64,000 nt of DNA from Spirochaetota bacterium (GTDB lineage: Bacteria; Spirochaetota; UBA4802; JAFGDQ01): the NCBI GenBank assembly GCA_043803405.1, contig JAZDKB010000019.1, positions 32,001 to 96,000 on the forward strand, in the 5' to 3' direction. Positions 50,509 through 61,360 of this stretch are shown piece by piece. The notes under the pieces were generated by a model, which saw only the letters and a list, made by a program, of their open reading frames with translations, was not told where the DNA came from and did no database searches. The translations under genes were made by a program, and so were the position numbers. How positions within the stretch are numbered: the first letter of the stretch is position 1; every line of letters starts with the position of its first letter.

Positions 50509-51183
50509 TCAGGCCATCATCTGATTTGCTTTGCTGATAAGGTCTTTCATGAGACTGATTGTCTGTTTGTAGTTTGACGTTCCGTAAATTCCGGACCCTG
50601 AGACAAAAACATTCGCTCCCGCTTTTGCTATCTTTTCAATATTATCAATATTTATCCCGCCATCCACGTTGATTTCTATATCCAGTTTATTTTTATCAAT
50701 AGTAGCGTGCAGCGTTTCTATTTTCTGAATAGAATTCGCAATGAATTTCTGTCCTCCGAATCCGGGATTAACGCTCATTATTAATACCATATCGACAAAT
50801 TCCAGAATATAATCGAGTGAAGACAGGGGAGTTGAGGGATTCACTGACACTCCCGCTTTTATCCCTCTTTCTTTAATGTGTGCTATTGTGCGGTTAAGAT
50901 GAGTCGCAGCTTCCGCGTGTACTGTAAGAATATCGCTGCCTGCATCAATGAATTCGTCAATATATTTATCCGGATCACTTATCATAAGATGAACATCAAG
51001 CGGCAGTGCAGTGATTTTTCTCACGGCTTTTACGATAAGGGGTCCGATGCTGATGTTCGGTACAAAATGCCCGTCCATAACGTCAATATGTATGTAATCT
51101 GCTCCCGCTTTTTCAACTGCTGTCACTTCTTCTCCCAATTTGCTGAAATCAGCAGAGAGAATGGATGGCGAAATCTTGCCCAT
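50509..51183 (-). CDS. rpe: Ribulose-phosphate 3-epimerase
   Basis: SPSILSADF, HIDVMDGHFVPN, MSVNPGFGGQ, VDGG. Confidence 0.97.
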   Translation of the reverse strand: MGKISPSILSADFSKLGEEVTAVEKAGADYIHIDVMDGHFVPNISIGPLIVKAVRKITALPLDVHLMISDPDKYIDEFIDAGSDILTVHAEAATHLNRTIAHIKERGIKAGVSVNPSTPLSSLDYILEFVDMVLIMSVNPGFGGQKFIANSIQKIETLHATIDKNKLDIEINVDGGINIDNIEKIAKAGANVFVSGSGIYGTSNYKQTISLMKDLISKANQMMA

Positions 51184-51399
51184 AATTTACCGCCTTGTAT
51201 TTAGAATAAATATAAATAATAAAAGAAAAGCATCAATGTCAAATAATTTATTTTATGATTATATACGCGAAAATAAAAGGACTTCTTATTGAGTATGTAA
51301 AAATTAGATAATAGTCTGTAAAATATTATCCCGGGTTACAGCTTATCAATATCTTTTGGTATGAGTTTAAAAATATAAAGCACGTATGCTTCGTAGGGA

Positions 51400-51561
51400 T
51401 TGTATCAAAAGAATGCCACGGAGACACTGAGACAAAGTTTAACAATTATTTTATAGTATTATGGTATTAACTGAAGAGAAATTTCTTACTAAAATAACAT
51501 TATTCGAGTAAAGACCCTTTGTATCTTTGTGTCTCTGTGGCATTCTTTTATTATGAGACAA
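51400..51561. repeat. Inverted-repeat pair (MITE or REP-doublet-like) downstream of glmS
   Basis: AAAAGAATGCCACGGAGACAC at 51407-51427 and an inverted copy GTGTCTCTGTGGCATTCTTTT at 51529-51549. Confidence 0.7.
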
Positions 51562-51602
51562 GCCCCTGCAAAATCCGCAAGACCTGGACATTCCGGTCAG
51601 AA

Positions 51603-53432
51603 TTACTCTACAGTCACGCTCTTTGCCAGGTTTCGCGGCTGATCTACATTACATCCTCTGAGCACAGCTATATGATATGCCAGCAGCTGAAGCGGGATTA
51701 CTGTAATAAGAGGCGCGAACATTTTTCTTACTCCCGGAACATAAATTACGTGATCGGAGTATTTTTTTACTTCTTCATCGCCTTCAAATGCAACCGCAAT
51801 GATCCTGCCGTTCCGCGCCCTTATCTCTTCCATATTGCTTATTATTTTGGAATACACTTCGTCCCGCGGCGCTATAATTACGACCGGCATGTCCTCATCT
51901 ATAAGCGCAATGGGGCCGTGCTTCATTTCGGCAGCCGGGTATCCTTCGGCATGAAGATACGAAATTTCCTTAAGTTTCAGGGCTCCTTCCAGCGCCACGG
52001 GGAACTGTATCCCGCGTCCCAAATAAAGAAAATTTTTATTATCTTTATATTCTTTGGCGATTTCTTTTATATAACCGTCGTTATTTATAATACTTTCTAC
52101 TTTTTGCGGGATTTCCTTTAAAAGATGAATAATTTCTTTTATTTCTTCGGCTGTTTTTTGCCTTCTTCTCGCAAGCAGCAGTGTCAGCAAAATAAGAACC
52201 GTTACCTGAGAAGTAAAGGCTTTTGTTGATGCAACGCCGATCTCCGGGCCTGCGTGTATGTATACACCGCCGTCGGTTTCGCGCGCTATTGTGCTTCCGA
52301 CAACATTTGTTATGCCGAGCACTTTAACCCCAAGCGATTTTGCTTCAATAAGACCTGCTAGAGTATCCGCGGTTTCGCCCGACTGGCTTATCACTATTGC
52401 CAGCTCTCCTTTTCTGAGTATCGGTTTTCTGTATCTGAATTCCGACGCGTACTCCACTTCAACCGGTATACGGGCGTATTCTTCTATCAGGTATTCTCCT
52501 ATGAGGCCGGCGTGCCATGAAGTGCCGCATGCTATAAAAGTTATCCGCTCAATGCTGTCAAGCTCGTTTGCTGTTAAGTTAAGTCCGTCCAGCTTGATTG
52601 ACCCGGTGTCCGCAAGTACTCTTCCCCTGAAAGCATTGGTAATTGTCTCAGGCTGTTCATAAATTTCCTTGAGCATAAAATGATCAAAACCCTGCTTTTC
52701 AATTGCTTCAATATCCCAGTCTACATCTTCAATTTTTTTATCTATTTTTTCTTTTTCAAGATTATAGGTTTTAAAATTATTTTTTTCGAGTTCTATAACT
52801 TCGCTGTCTTCAATATAAATTACTTTATGAGTATGCTCAATAATGGCACTTGCGTCTGAAGCAACAATCATTTCATTGTCGCCTACTCCGAGGATCAGGG
52901 GACTTCCTTTCTTTGCTGCTATGATTTTATTAGGCTCTCTTTTTGATATTATTACAAGTCCGTATGTGCCTTCCAGATGGGCAACTGCTTTTAAAACGGA
53001 ATCGAGCAAAGAAAATTTCTGATAATAATATTCAATCAGATGAACAATAACTTCGGTATCTGTTTCGCTTTTTATTGTGTGATTATGCGCAACCAGCATT
53101 TTTTTTATGGCGTTATAATTTTCTATTATTCCGTTATGCGCTATTGCTATCTCGTTGTTACAGTCTGTATGCGGGTGAGCATTGATGTCCGACGGCACCC
53201 CGTGAGTGGCCCATCTTGTATGCCCAATGCCTGTACAGTATTTTTGCAGTTTTGATGTGTCTACAGCCGATTCGAGCTGCGCGATTTTTCCTGTTTTCTT
53301 CTGAACATAAAGATCGCTGTTCACCAGAGCTATTCCTGCGGAGTCGTATCCTCTGTATTCAAGTCTCTTTAATCCGTTTATTATCAAACCTGCAGCCGGC
53401 CTTTCTCCGATATACCCGATAATCCCGCACAT
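51603..53432 (-). CDS. glmS: Glutamine--fructose-6-phosphate aminotransferase
   Basis: MCGIIG start, LEYRGYDSAG, GHTRWATHG, SQSGETAD, PRNLAKSVTVE end. Confidence 0.98.
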   Translation of the reverse strand: MCGIIGYIGERPAAGLIINGLKRLEYRGYDSAGIALVNSDLYVQKKTGKIAQLESAVDTSKLQKYCTGIGHTRWATHGVPSDINAHPHTDCNNEIAIAHNGIIENYNAIKKMLVAHNHTIKSETDTEVIVHLIEYYYQKFSLLDSVLKAVAHLEGTYGLVIISKREPNKIIAAKKGSPLILGVGDNEMIVASDASAIIEHTHKVIYIEDSEVIELEKNNFKTYNLEKEKIDKKIEDVDWDIEAIEKQGFDHFMLKEIYEQPETITNAFRGRVLADTGSIKLDGLNLTANELDSIERITFIACGTSWHAGLIGEYLIEEYARIPVEVEYASEFRYRKPILRKGELAIVISQSGETADTLAGLIEAKSLGVKVLGITNVVGSTIARETDGGVYIHAGPEIGVASTKAFTSQVTVLILLTLLLARRRQKTAEEIKEIIHLLKEIPQKVESIINNDGYIKEIAKEYKDNKNFLYLGRGIQFPVALEGALKLKEISYLHAEGYPAAEMKHGPIALIDEDMPVVIIAPRDEVYSKIISNMEEIRARNGRIIAVAFEGDEEVKKYSDHVIYVPGVRKMFAPLITVIPLQLLAYHIAVLRGCNVDQPRNLAKSVTVE

Positions 53433-53556
53433 AATATTTAAAATCTCCTGTTGTTATTTTGTAAACAGATTAAAATTAATAATTATTGTCCCGAAGAATA
53501 TTTTAATATCTTTAGGTTTTGAGATGCACTCTAGGTATGTTAATACATTATATCAA

Positions 53557-54363
53557 TCATTTTTCTTTTTCGCGGGTAATATAAATGTCGTTTTCCCATG
53601 TTCCTTTTTTTATTGCGCCGTTGTTGTAAATAAATGTTCCGTTGCCGTGCATTTTGTTGTCTTTCCACTGGCCTTCATATTTGTCTCCATTTGCCCAGAT
53701 GAAGACTCCTGCTCCTGTTCTTTTTCCTTCAAACCATTCTCCGGTATATTTATTTCCATTATTCCAATTCATGGTTCCCTGGCCGTGCATGTCATTGCCC
53801 TTCATTGAGCCTGTAAACTTATCTCCGTTAGGCCATATAATTATCCCGAAATCTTTTCGTGTTCCGTTTATCCATTCTCCCTCAAGTCTTATGCCGTCGG
53901 ACCAGCTGTAAATGCCCTTGCCGTGCATGGCGTCGTCTTTCCATTGTCCTGTGTATTTATCGCCGTTTATCCATGCGAGCACGCCTTGCCCGTTCTTTTG
54001 ATTGTTCATCCACTGGCCTTCGAACCTGTTTCCGTTAGGCCATGTATAAATGCCATGCCCGTGCATTTTATCATTTTGCCATTGCCCTGTGTATTTTTCT
54101 CCCTCAGTCCATGTAAATGTTCCGGTGCCGTGTCTTTTGCCTTCTTTGAATTCGCCTTCATATTTGCCGGATGGGCTGACATATACTCCGGAAGTATCCA
54201 TGCAATTCCCGCTTATGCATTTGCCCCATTCGCCTTCAGCAGCGTAAAGCTGTCTGCATCCGGACATTAGCATGTTTATGTATGCTGATTTGGAAGAAAT
54301 ATTAATATATTCAGGAAAGAATAATAAAAACATCGCAGCTATAATTATTAATTTTTTTGGCAT
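53557..54363 (-). CDS. MORN-repeat protein
   Basis: Repeats of YxGQWxNDKMHGxGxYTWxNG; N-terminal signal-like segment. Confidence 0.9.
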   Translation of the reverse strand: MPKKLIIIAAMFLLFFPEYINISSKSAYINMLMSGCRQLYAAEGEWGKCISGNCMDTSGVYVSPSGKYEGEFKEGKRHGTGTFTWTEGEKYTGQWQNDKMHGHGIYTWPNGNRFEGQWMNNQKNGQGVLAWINGDKYTGQWKDDAMHGKGIYSWSDGIRLEGEWINGTRKDFGIIIWPNGDKFTGSMKGNDMHGQGTMNWNNGNKYTGEWFEGKRTGAGVFIWANGDKYEGQWKDNKMHGNGTFIYNNGAIKKGTWENDIYITREKEK

Positions 54364-54671
54364 AGTATCTGTTATCTGTCGCAGAATCCGATCATATTAT
54401 AATTCATTATCGGATTTTATTCCTGAATTAATCAAGAGTCAAAGAAATTTTATTGGCAGGGGATCAGAGTCTGTTTTACCGGCTTATTCAATGTATCATT
54501 TCTAATCTGCCGATTCAGGTGCTTATACATATAATTCTTGACTTTTAGCAAAATTTGATTAAATAATATTAGTTTAAATATAAAATCGCATAAAAAATGA
54601 AACAGGATTTAACGGCAAAAAGTTTTATTTAAAGCGCTTCTTGCTATGAATTTAAATATCAAAGAGGATAA

Positions 54672-55952
54672 TTGTTTATGAGTAGAAACTTAGTGTATGC
54701 ATTGATTATTTCTTTTTGTTTGTGTACCGGCGCTTTCGCAGCAGGAGTGGCCAACAACACTATCGGCCTTCAGGAATCCGAGCGCTGTTCCTTTGTGGGG
54801 ATCGCGAACGATTCTTCTTCAGTAGCGCACAATCCTGCCGGATTAACGAACATCCCTGAAGGCAAGTTCGACGCGGAAGTCTGCGTCCTGTATAATTTCA
54901 CTAAGTTTACTTATGAAGACACAACAGGCAGGGAGCATGTAAGCGATGAGCCGATAATTCTGCCGTCTGTATTTGCTGCAAAATCAATGGGCAATATTGC
55001 TTTCGGTTTCGGCGTTTATTGCGCGAACGGCACAGGCGAGATGAAATATTCGAACGTTCCGCTTATAATGTCACTGTCGGGAAATAATATTAATACAAGT
55101 ACAGATGTTCATGGCGAAACATATTCTTTGTGCTTTTCTCCTGCTATAGCATATAAGATTTTGCCTAATTTATCGCTTGGATTGACTATTGAAACTTTTT
55201 ATGGGAAGTCTTATGCTAAATATGTTGTTGATACTCTTGATGTTCCCATGTCAGGCGGTAATATGAAAACTGATGAAAAGACAGATGGGTTCGGTGGGGT
55301 TGATGCCAAGCTGGGTTTATTCGCAAAATTAACTAATGAATTAAGTTTAGGGCTTCTTATTAAAACGCCTGCAAAATTGAAAACAAAAGGTACAAGGAAA
55401 ACTGAATACAACTCAGTACTTGAAGCTTTACCTTTACCAGAGCCATTACGTGATAAAAAAGAAGATGTAAAAATCACTGAAAGAGTTCCGTGGTACTTTA
55501 TGTCTGGTATCGGGTATAAATTTTTATCGAATCTGGACGCAAGCCTGGACTTCGGATACAGATTGTGGAGCAAATATCAAAAGACAGTGAAAGTTGCAGG
55601 AGCTGAAGAAGCAAGTTCAAGTGTTAATACAAATACGCTGAAAGATGCCTATGTAGTCGGGTGCGGTGTTAAATACGGAATAATCTCTGACCTTAATGTA
55701 ACCGCAGGATTTATGTATGTTCCTACAGCAAAGAGAGATAAGGACGTTAAATTTGCAGAAACTGACTTCGACCAGACACTAACTTCGCTCAGCGTTGCTT
55801 ATAAAGTGATCCAGGAGTTTGAAATTCATTTAGGATGTTCCTATGTCCATTCAATAGATAAGAGAGATGTGCCGGCAGGAAATTTAGGAGGAGGAGGGAA
55901 AGTCGATTCCAATACAATTTATATACTCGGAGGGGTAAGGGGAGTTTTTTAA
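54672..55952 (+). CDS. OmpP1/FadL-family outer-membrane transporter
   Basis: Signal peptide; ANDSSSVAHNPAGL hatch motif; C-terminal Phe. Confidence 0.85.
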   Translation: MFMSRNLVYALIISFCLCTGAFAAGVANNTIGLQESERCSFVGIANDSSSVAHNPAGLTNIPEGKFDAEVCVLYNFTKFTYEDTTGREHVSDEPIILPSVFAAKSMGNIAFGFGVYCANGTGEMKYSNVPLIMSLSGNNINTSTDVHGETYSLCFSPAIAYKILPNLSLGLTIETFYGKSYAKYVVDTLDVPMSGGNMKTDEKTDGFGGVDAKLGLFAKLTNELSLGLLIKTPAKLKTKGTRKTEYNSVLEALPLPEPLRDKKEDVKITERVPWYFMSGIGYKFLSNLDASLDFGYRLWSKYQKTVKVAGAEEASSSVNTNTLKDAYVVGCGVKYGIISDLNVTAGFMYVPTAKRDKDVKFAETDFDQTLTSLSVAYKVIQEFEIHLGCSYVHSIDKRDVPAGNLGGGGKVDSNTIYILGGVRGVF

Positions 55953-55999
55953 CTCGCAGCTTTGCTAAGTAAATTTGTATAAATCATTTATCATTTTAC

Positions 56000-56036
56000 A
56001 AAAAAAATCGGCGGTATCTGTATCACCGATTTTTTT
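56000..56036 (+). terminator. Intrinsic (probably bidirectional) terminator
   Basis: A-run, ATCGG...CCGAT hairpin, T-run, downstream of the fadL-like gene. Confidence 0.65.
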
Positions 56037-56223
56037 ATTAGAAACAAATTTTTTTTTGATTTTTTCGGACACAGGTATTACAATATTTAATAAGTATATG
56101 GTGAATAAATCGTCCAGACCGTAAAACATAGGATTTGCTCCGCCTGCGGACGGGAAAATCCTGTTATTCACCAATAACTACTTAAGTTTTAATTAAGTTT
56201 TAAAAATTCAGCATGGAAGATAT

Positions 56224-57312
56224 ATGGAAAATCCGGCAGCAATTGAAAACACTAAAGAAGATAGCGGATTGATTAAATGCCTCCTTTTTATGGTCGGGAA
56301 CGACATCTATGGTCTGGAGGTTAATCGTATCCACGAGGTCATTGGATACAGCCAGTTAATCCATTTGACGCGCATTACAATAGTAAATGAATCGGTCTAC
56401 GGCATAATAAACCTGCGCGGTAAAGTAATCCCCGTGATTGATATCTCGGTGCGATTATACAACCGTAATACTGAAATAAGGGAAAGTACCAGTATAATTG
56501 TCATAGAAATATCGGACGGCAATGAGGATATTACTGTCGGGGTTATTGTAGACGGGGTTAGAGACGTTGCGAAACTGCCCGAAAGCGATATTGTGAATTT
56601 GCCGGAATTCGGAGCAAAGATTCGTCCGGAATTTATAAACAAAATAGTTAAAATTGACGATCTGTTTGCGGTAATGCTGAACATTGACCGGCTATTTAAT
56701 ATAGACGAACTTTGCGAGTTGACATTATTCGAGGCTAATGCCGGTAAGCTTATATCGATGAGATCCGGCATTCAGGAAGAGCTAACTTTTAATAATGACT
56801 CTGCGGAGAGCCGGAATGATGCTGAAGAGATAATCGAAGAACATGAATTCGTTACCTTTTCTATCGGAGAAGAAATATATGCGATAGACATGGAAAATAT
56901 CCAGGAGATTATGAGCATAACAAGAATGACGCGGGTTCCCAATACTCTGCAGTTTATGAAAGGAGTTATAAATCTCAGGGACAGCATTGTGCCGGTTGTG
57001 GATATGAGGGAGAGATGCGGTTTCGATTATAAAGAATATGATAAATTTACGCCTGTTTTGATAATTGAATGTGATGATTTGCTGATCGGGCTGGCAATCG
57101 ATTCGGTTAATGCGGTAATTAAATTTCCGGTCGATAAAATCCAGTATCCGCCGCATTACAGCGCAAAGATCGATTCGGATTTTATCGAGGGTATGCTGCA
57201 AAATAATAATAAAATAATTATTATCTTAAATATCAGAAAAATATTATCACCGGAAGAGACTAGTTTTATAAGCAAAAATGTATTTAAAGAACAGGAGCAA
57301 ATTAATGGGTAA
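56224..57312 (+). CDS. cheW: Tandem-domain CheW
   Basis: Two CheW domains (GIINLRGKVIPVID and GVINLRDSIVPVVD). Confidence 0.9.
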   Translation: MENPAAIENTKEDSGLIKCLLFMVGNDIYGLEVNRIHEVIGYSQLIHLTRITIVNESVYGIINLRGKVIPVIDISVRLYNRNTEIRESTSIIVIEISDGNEDITVGVIVDGVRDVAKLPESDIVNLPEFGAKIRPEFINKIVKIDDLFAVMLNIDRLFNIDELCELTLFEANAGKLISMRSGIQEELTFNNDSAESRNDAEEIIEEHEFVTFSIGEEIYAIDMENIQEIMSITRMTRVPNTLQFMKGVINLRDSIVPVVDMRERCGFDYKEYDKFTPVLIIECDDLLIGLAIDSVNAVIKFPVDKIQYPPHYSAKIDSDFIEGMLQNNNKIIIILNIRKILSPEETSFISKNVFKEQEQING

Positions 57313-57682
57313 ATTAATTTTAATTGTCGATGATACTGAAGCGATTCGTATGTCGGTCGGTTTTATTTTGCAGGAGGAGGGCTACGAATTGGTTGAAGCA
57401 AAGAATGGACAGGAAGCGCTGGATAAACTTAACAGCAGTAAAAAAGTGGATCTTATCCTCTGCGACGTCAACATGCCTGTTATGGACGGAATCGAATTCC
57501 TGAGGAATATAAAAAGAAACGAGGCATATTCTTCATTTAAATTTACGCCAATAATAATGCTTACAACGGAAGCAGGTGAAGATAAAAAAGCAGAAGGCAG
57601 GGAACTGGGCGCCAAAGCATGGATAGTAAAACCGTTTAAGCCTGAGCAGCTTGTTAAAGCGGTTAAACAATTGGTCGTGTAA
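57305..57682 (+). CDS. cheY: CheY-like response regulator
   Basis: LIVDD, DVNMPVMDG, MLTTE, KPF. Confidence 0.9.
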   Translation: MGKLILIVDDTEAIRMSVGFILQEEGYELVEAKNGQEALDKLNSSKKVDLILCDVNMPVMDGIEFLRNIKRNEAYSSFKFTPIIMLTTEAGEDKKAEGRELGAKAWIVKPFKPEQLVKAVKQLVV

Positions 57683-57706
57683 TGTTAAATAAACGGGGGT
57701 GATTCA

Positions 57707-57994
57707 ATGAAAATTCAGGAAATAAAAAATGACAATGAAAAGATATCCTTCTCAATAGAAGGCGATTTAAGCATATATTCAGTTAAGGAATTAAAGAATA
57801 AACTTGAGAGCTATTTCGAAAACATGAAAAATATTGAGTTCGATCTTTCGGCAGTTGATAAAGTGGACACGGCAGGATTCCAGCTGCTGGAAATGCTGAA
57901 AAAGGAACTCGCAGGAAAAGATAAAACTTTTTCGATCATCAATCCTTCCAATGAAATTATCAGAATTTTTAATCTGTATGGCGAGGCATTATAA
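57707..57994 (+). CDS. STAS domain protein
   Basis: DLSAVDKVDTAGFQLL. Confidence 0.9.
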   Translation: MKIQEIKNDNEKISFSIEGDLSIYSVKELKNKLESYFENMKNIEFDLSAVDKVDTAGFQLLEMLKKELAGKDKTFSIINPSNEIIRIFNLYGEAL

Positions 57995-58066
57995 AAGGCG
58001 AAGCATATTATAAATATAACAATATGCACAGATATATCTTTTTTCAAAACGCAGCGGAGAAATCAG

Positions 58067-60262
58067 ATGGCAGCAGCAAAATACAGTTTTGAAGACGCAA
58101 TAAATACATTTTTTATTGAAAGCAGGGAATTGCTGGAAGATATGGAAAGCGGGCTTCTTGATCTTGAAAAAGATAATTCGGATAAAGAATCGATTCCTGC
58201 CATATTCAGGGCTATGCACACCATAAAGGGATCTGCAGGGATGTTCGGATTTTCGGACATCGGCAGTTTTGCGCACGTTGTTGAGGATCTCCTGGATGAT
58301 GTCAGAAACGACGTCATTAAAATAGTTCCCGATCTTGTAGCACTTTTACTGCAATGCCATGATTATATCTTAAAACTTGCAGATTTTTTTGATAAACACA
58401 GAGACGGTAAAATCGATTCCGGGTTAAAGAACGACGCCGCAATTTTGCTGCGTCAGCTGCATTCATTTATGCCGAATTGTGAGGAGCAACAGCCGGTTGA
58501 AACGGCAGCGGAGGGAAAACCCGATAAACCTTTGAGCGATGTGCAGGTAATGAATGACTGCTGGCATATTTCATTGCGATTTGGCCCGAATGTTTTCAGG
58601 AATAGTCTTGATCCGCAATCCTTTATTTCGTACCTGGGACATATGGGAAAAATTGTTAAAATAAAAGCTATACCGGATGCTATACCTTCTATTGATAAAA
58701 TGGATCCTGAAAGCTGTTATCTTGGATTTGAAATAAATTTTATGGGTTATTCAACAAAGGAAAAGATAGAGGGAGTATTTGAATTTGTACAGGATGACTG
58801 CGTAATAAGAATACTTCCGCCGAAAAGCAGTTTAACTGAATTTATAAGGTTAATAGGAGAATTGCCGGAAGAACCCCGCTATATAGGAGAGATATTAACT
58901 GAAATCGGTTCGCTTACTAAAAAGGAACTTGCTGAAGTATTAAAGCTGCAAACAGGGCTGGGTAAGGATGAAGAAAAAAGACGCATCGGTGAACTGGTAG
59001 TAAATGAAAAAATGGTTCAGGAACCTGTTGTAGAGGCCGCGGTAAACAAACAGACAAAGATTAAAAAGGCCGAGGACACCAATAAAAAGACCATGAGGAT
59101 CGACACTTCTAAACTGGACCTTCTTGTAAATCTTATTGGCGAGCTGGTAATTTCCGGCGCTAATGTTGATCAGATGTCAAAGGAAATAGGAAGCCTTAAA
59201 TTAACGAGAGCTCTTTCTCAAATGTCAAAATTGATTACGGAGATTAGAGAGAATGTAATGAATATACGGATGGTTCAGATTGGCGAATCCTTCAAAAAAT
59301 TTGAGCGGGTAGTGCGCGATATCAGCCGTGAGAGGGGAAAGAAAGTGGAACTGATATTGAACGGCGGAGAAACCGAGCTTGATAAAACAATAGTTGAAAA
59401 GGTGACGGATCCTTTAATGCATCTTGTCAGAAACGCAGTTGACCACGGGATTGATACCCCGGAGGAACGTGTTCTTAAAGGCAAGCCTGCTGTCGGCATA
59501 GTAACTTTGAATGCGTTTCACGAGTCCGGAAATATTGTAATAGAAATAATCGATGACGGCAACGGGCTAAGAAGGGATAAAATAATTAATAAAGCTATCG
59601 AGAAGGGATTAATAAAACCCGAGCAGGCATCCGCACTTACTGAAAATGAATTGTTTCAGTTTATATTTGAGCCGGGTTTTTCGACTGCCGATAAGGTTAC
59701 GGATATTTCCGGCCGCGGTGTTGGAATGGATGTTGTCAGGAGGAACATTGAGTCGCTGAGAGGAGAAGTAGTAATTGAAAGCAAGGAAGGCAAGGGTACT
59801 TTGGTGCGGATTTACCTGCCGCTTACGCTTGCTATTATTGACGGATTTCTTGTCAGGGCGGGCACTTTATTTTGCATTCTTCCGCTTGCCCTGGTTTCGG
59901 AGTGCGCAACGATTTCGAAGTCAAAAAGCGAGCTAGTGATCTCGGAGAACGGCGATTACATTAACTTAAGAGGAGAGCTTGTGCCGTTTTTAAGAATAAA
60001 AAATTATTTTAATCAGGAATACAGGGATTCCGACAGAGAGAATTATGTAATTATAGAATATTCCAAAAAGAAAATAGGCCTTATAGTAGATGAAACCTTC
60101 GGAGAATTTCAGACTGTTGTGAAGCCTCTCGGAAAGATTTTTAAAAAACTGGAGTGGATAAGCGGAGCCACAATACTTGGCGGAGGGGAGATAGGCCTGA
60201 TCCTTGATATACCCAAGTTGATACAATACTTACAGACATCAGAAATGAAAAAGGCATCATGA
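58067..60262 (+). CDS. cheA: Chemotaxis histidine kinase CheA
   Basis: Hpt FRAMHTIKGSAG, HLVRNAVDHG, SGRGVGMDVV, C-terminal CheW-like domain. Confidence 0.96.
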   Translation: MAAAKYSFEDAINTFFIESRELLEDMESGLLDLEKDNSDKESIPAIFRAMHTIKGSAGMFGFSDIGSFAHVVEDLLDDVRNDVIKIVPDLVALLLQCHDYILKLADFFDKHRDGKIDSGLKNDAAILLRQLHSFMPNCEEQQPVETAAEGKPDKPLSDVQVMNDCWHISLRFGPNVFRNSLDPQSFISYLGHMGKIVKIKAIPDAIPSIDKMDPESCYLGFEINFMGYSTKEKIEGVFEFVQDDCVIRILPPKSSLTEFIRLIGELPEEPRYIGEILTEIGSLTKKELAEVLKLQTGLGKDEEKRRIGELVVNEKMVQEPVVEAAVNKQTKIKKAEDTNKKTMRIDTSKLDLLVNLIGELVISGANVDQMSKEIGSLKLTRALSQMSKLITEIRENVMNIRMVQIGESFKKFERVVRDISRERGKKVELILNGGETELDKTIVEKVTDPLMHLVRNAVDHGIDTPEERVLKGKPAVGIVTLNAFHESGNIVIEIIDDGNGLRRDKIINKAIEKGLIKPEQASALTENELFQFIFEPGFSTADKVTDISGRGVGMDVVRRNIESLRGEVVIESKEGKGTLVRIYLPLTLAIIDGFLVRAGTLFCILPLALVSECATISKSKSELVISENGDYINLRGELVPFLRIKNYFNQEYRDSDRENYVIIEYSKKKIGLIVDETFGEFQTVVKPLGKIFKKLEWISGATILGGGEIGLILDIPKLIQYLQTSEMKKAS

Positions 60263-60263
60263 A

Positions 60264-61328
60264 ATGCAGGATAAAATAAAAGTACATATAGTTGATGATG
60301 CTGCCAGCGTACGGATTGTGCTTACTGATATTCTGGAAAATGATCCTGCTATTAAAGTAATTGCTGCTTCTGCGGATCCGATTATTGCCGAAAGAGCGCT
60401 GGAAAAAGAATGGCCCGATGTTTTTATTCTTGATGTGGAAATGCCGAATAAAGACGGCATAACTTTTTTAAAAGAGATAATGGCAAAAAGGCCCACTCCA
60501 GTCGTGATGTGTTCGTTCCTTACGGTTAAGGGCGCAAAGGTGACAATGGACGCAATGGCCGCGGGGGCTGTAGAAGTAATTGCAAAGCCGGAAGTTGGGC
60601 AAAAGGATTTTTTTTATGAATCCGCTTCGATGCTGATTGATGTCGTAAAATCGGCTTCCCGTGCAAATGTAAAGATGCTGCTTAAAGGCAGCATAACCAG
60701 TTCCGCACAGCCGTTAAGCGCGGATGCGGTGCTTAGCCCGTGGGACGGGCATAAAATTACAGTCTCAACCGATAAAATAATTGCCATCGGGTCGTCTGCC
60801 GGCGGAGTGCAGGCGCTTGAACATATATTTTCTAAACTTCCCGAATCTCTTCCGGGAATTGTACTGGTGCAGCATATGCCGGAAAAATTTACCGGAGCCC
60901 TTGCCGAACGTCTGAACGAAACAAGCGCCGTTTCCGTAAAAGAAGCTGAGGATGGAGATCACATAGTATCCGGCAAAGCTTTTGTGGCGCCCGGGAACCG
61001 TCATATGCTTATTGATAGGACCGGGGATAATTACAGAATAGTAATTAAAGACGGCCCTCTGGTGACCAGGCACAGGCCGTCTGTTGATGTGCTTTTTCGT
61101 TCTGTGGCAAAAACGGCAGGGAAGAATGCTATCGGTATAATATTGACAGGTATGGGCGACGACGGTGCAGCAGGTTTGCTGGAAATGAAAAATGCGGGTT
61201 CAAATACAATTGCTCAGAATGAAGAAACATGCGTTGTATTTGGAATGCCGTTTGAAGCTATTAAGCGAGGCGCAGCGGATAAGGTTCTGCCTCTACAGGA
61301 TATACCTGACCAGATGATTCGCTTTTAA
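60264..61328 (+). CDS. cheB: Chemotaxis methylesterase CheB
   Basis: Receiver domain plus GSSAGG, VQHMP, LTGMGDDGA. Confidence 0.96.
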   Translation: MQDKIKVHIVDDAASVRIVLTDILENDPAIKVIAASADPIIAERALEKEWPDVFILDVEMPNKDGITFLKEIMAKRPTPVVMCSFLTVKGAKVTMDAMAAGAVEVIAKPEVGQKDFFYESASMLIDVVKSASRANVKMLLKGSITSSAQPLSADAVLSPWDGHKITVSTDKIIAIGSSAGGVQALEHIFSKLPESLPGIVLVQHMPEKFTGALAERLNETSAVSVKEAEDGDHIVSGKAFVAPGNRHMLIDRTGDNYRIVIKDGPLVTRHRPSVDVLFRSVAKTAGKNAIGIILTGMGDDGAAGLLEMKNAGSNTIAQNEETCVVFGMPFEAIKRGAADKVLPLQDIPDQMIRF

Positions 61329-61360
61329 TACGATATCACTAAACAATACGAGGTAAAAAA

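Noticed and set aside
53433..53556. glmS ribozyme upstream of glmS
   Set aside because: The leader is short and AT-rich, with no recognisable ribozyme core.
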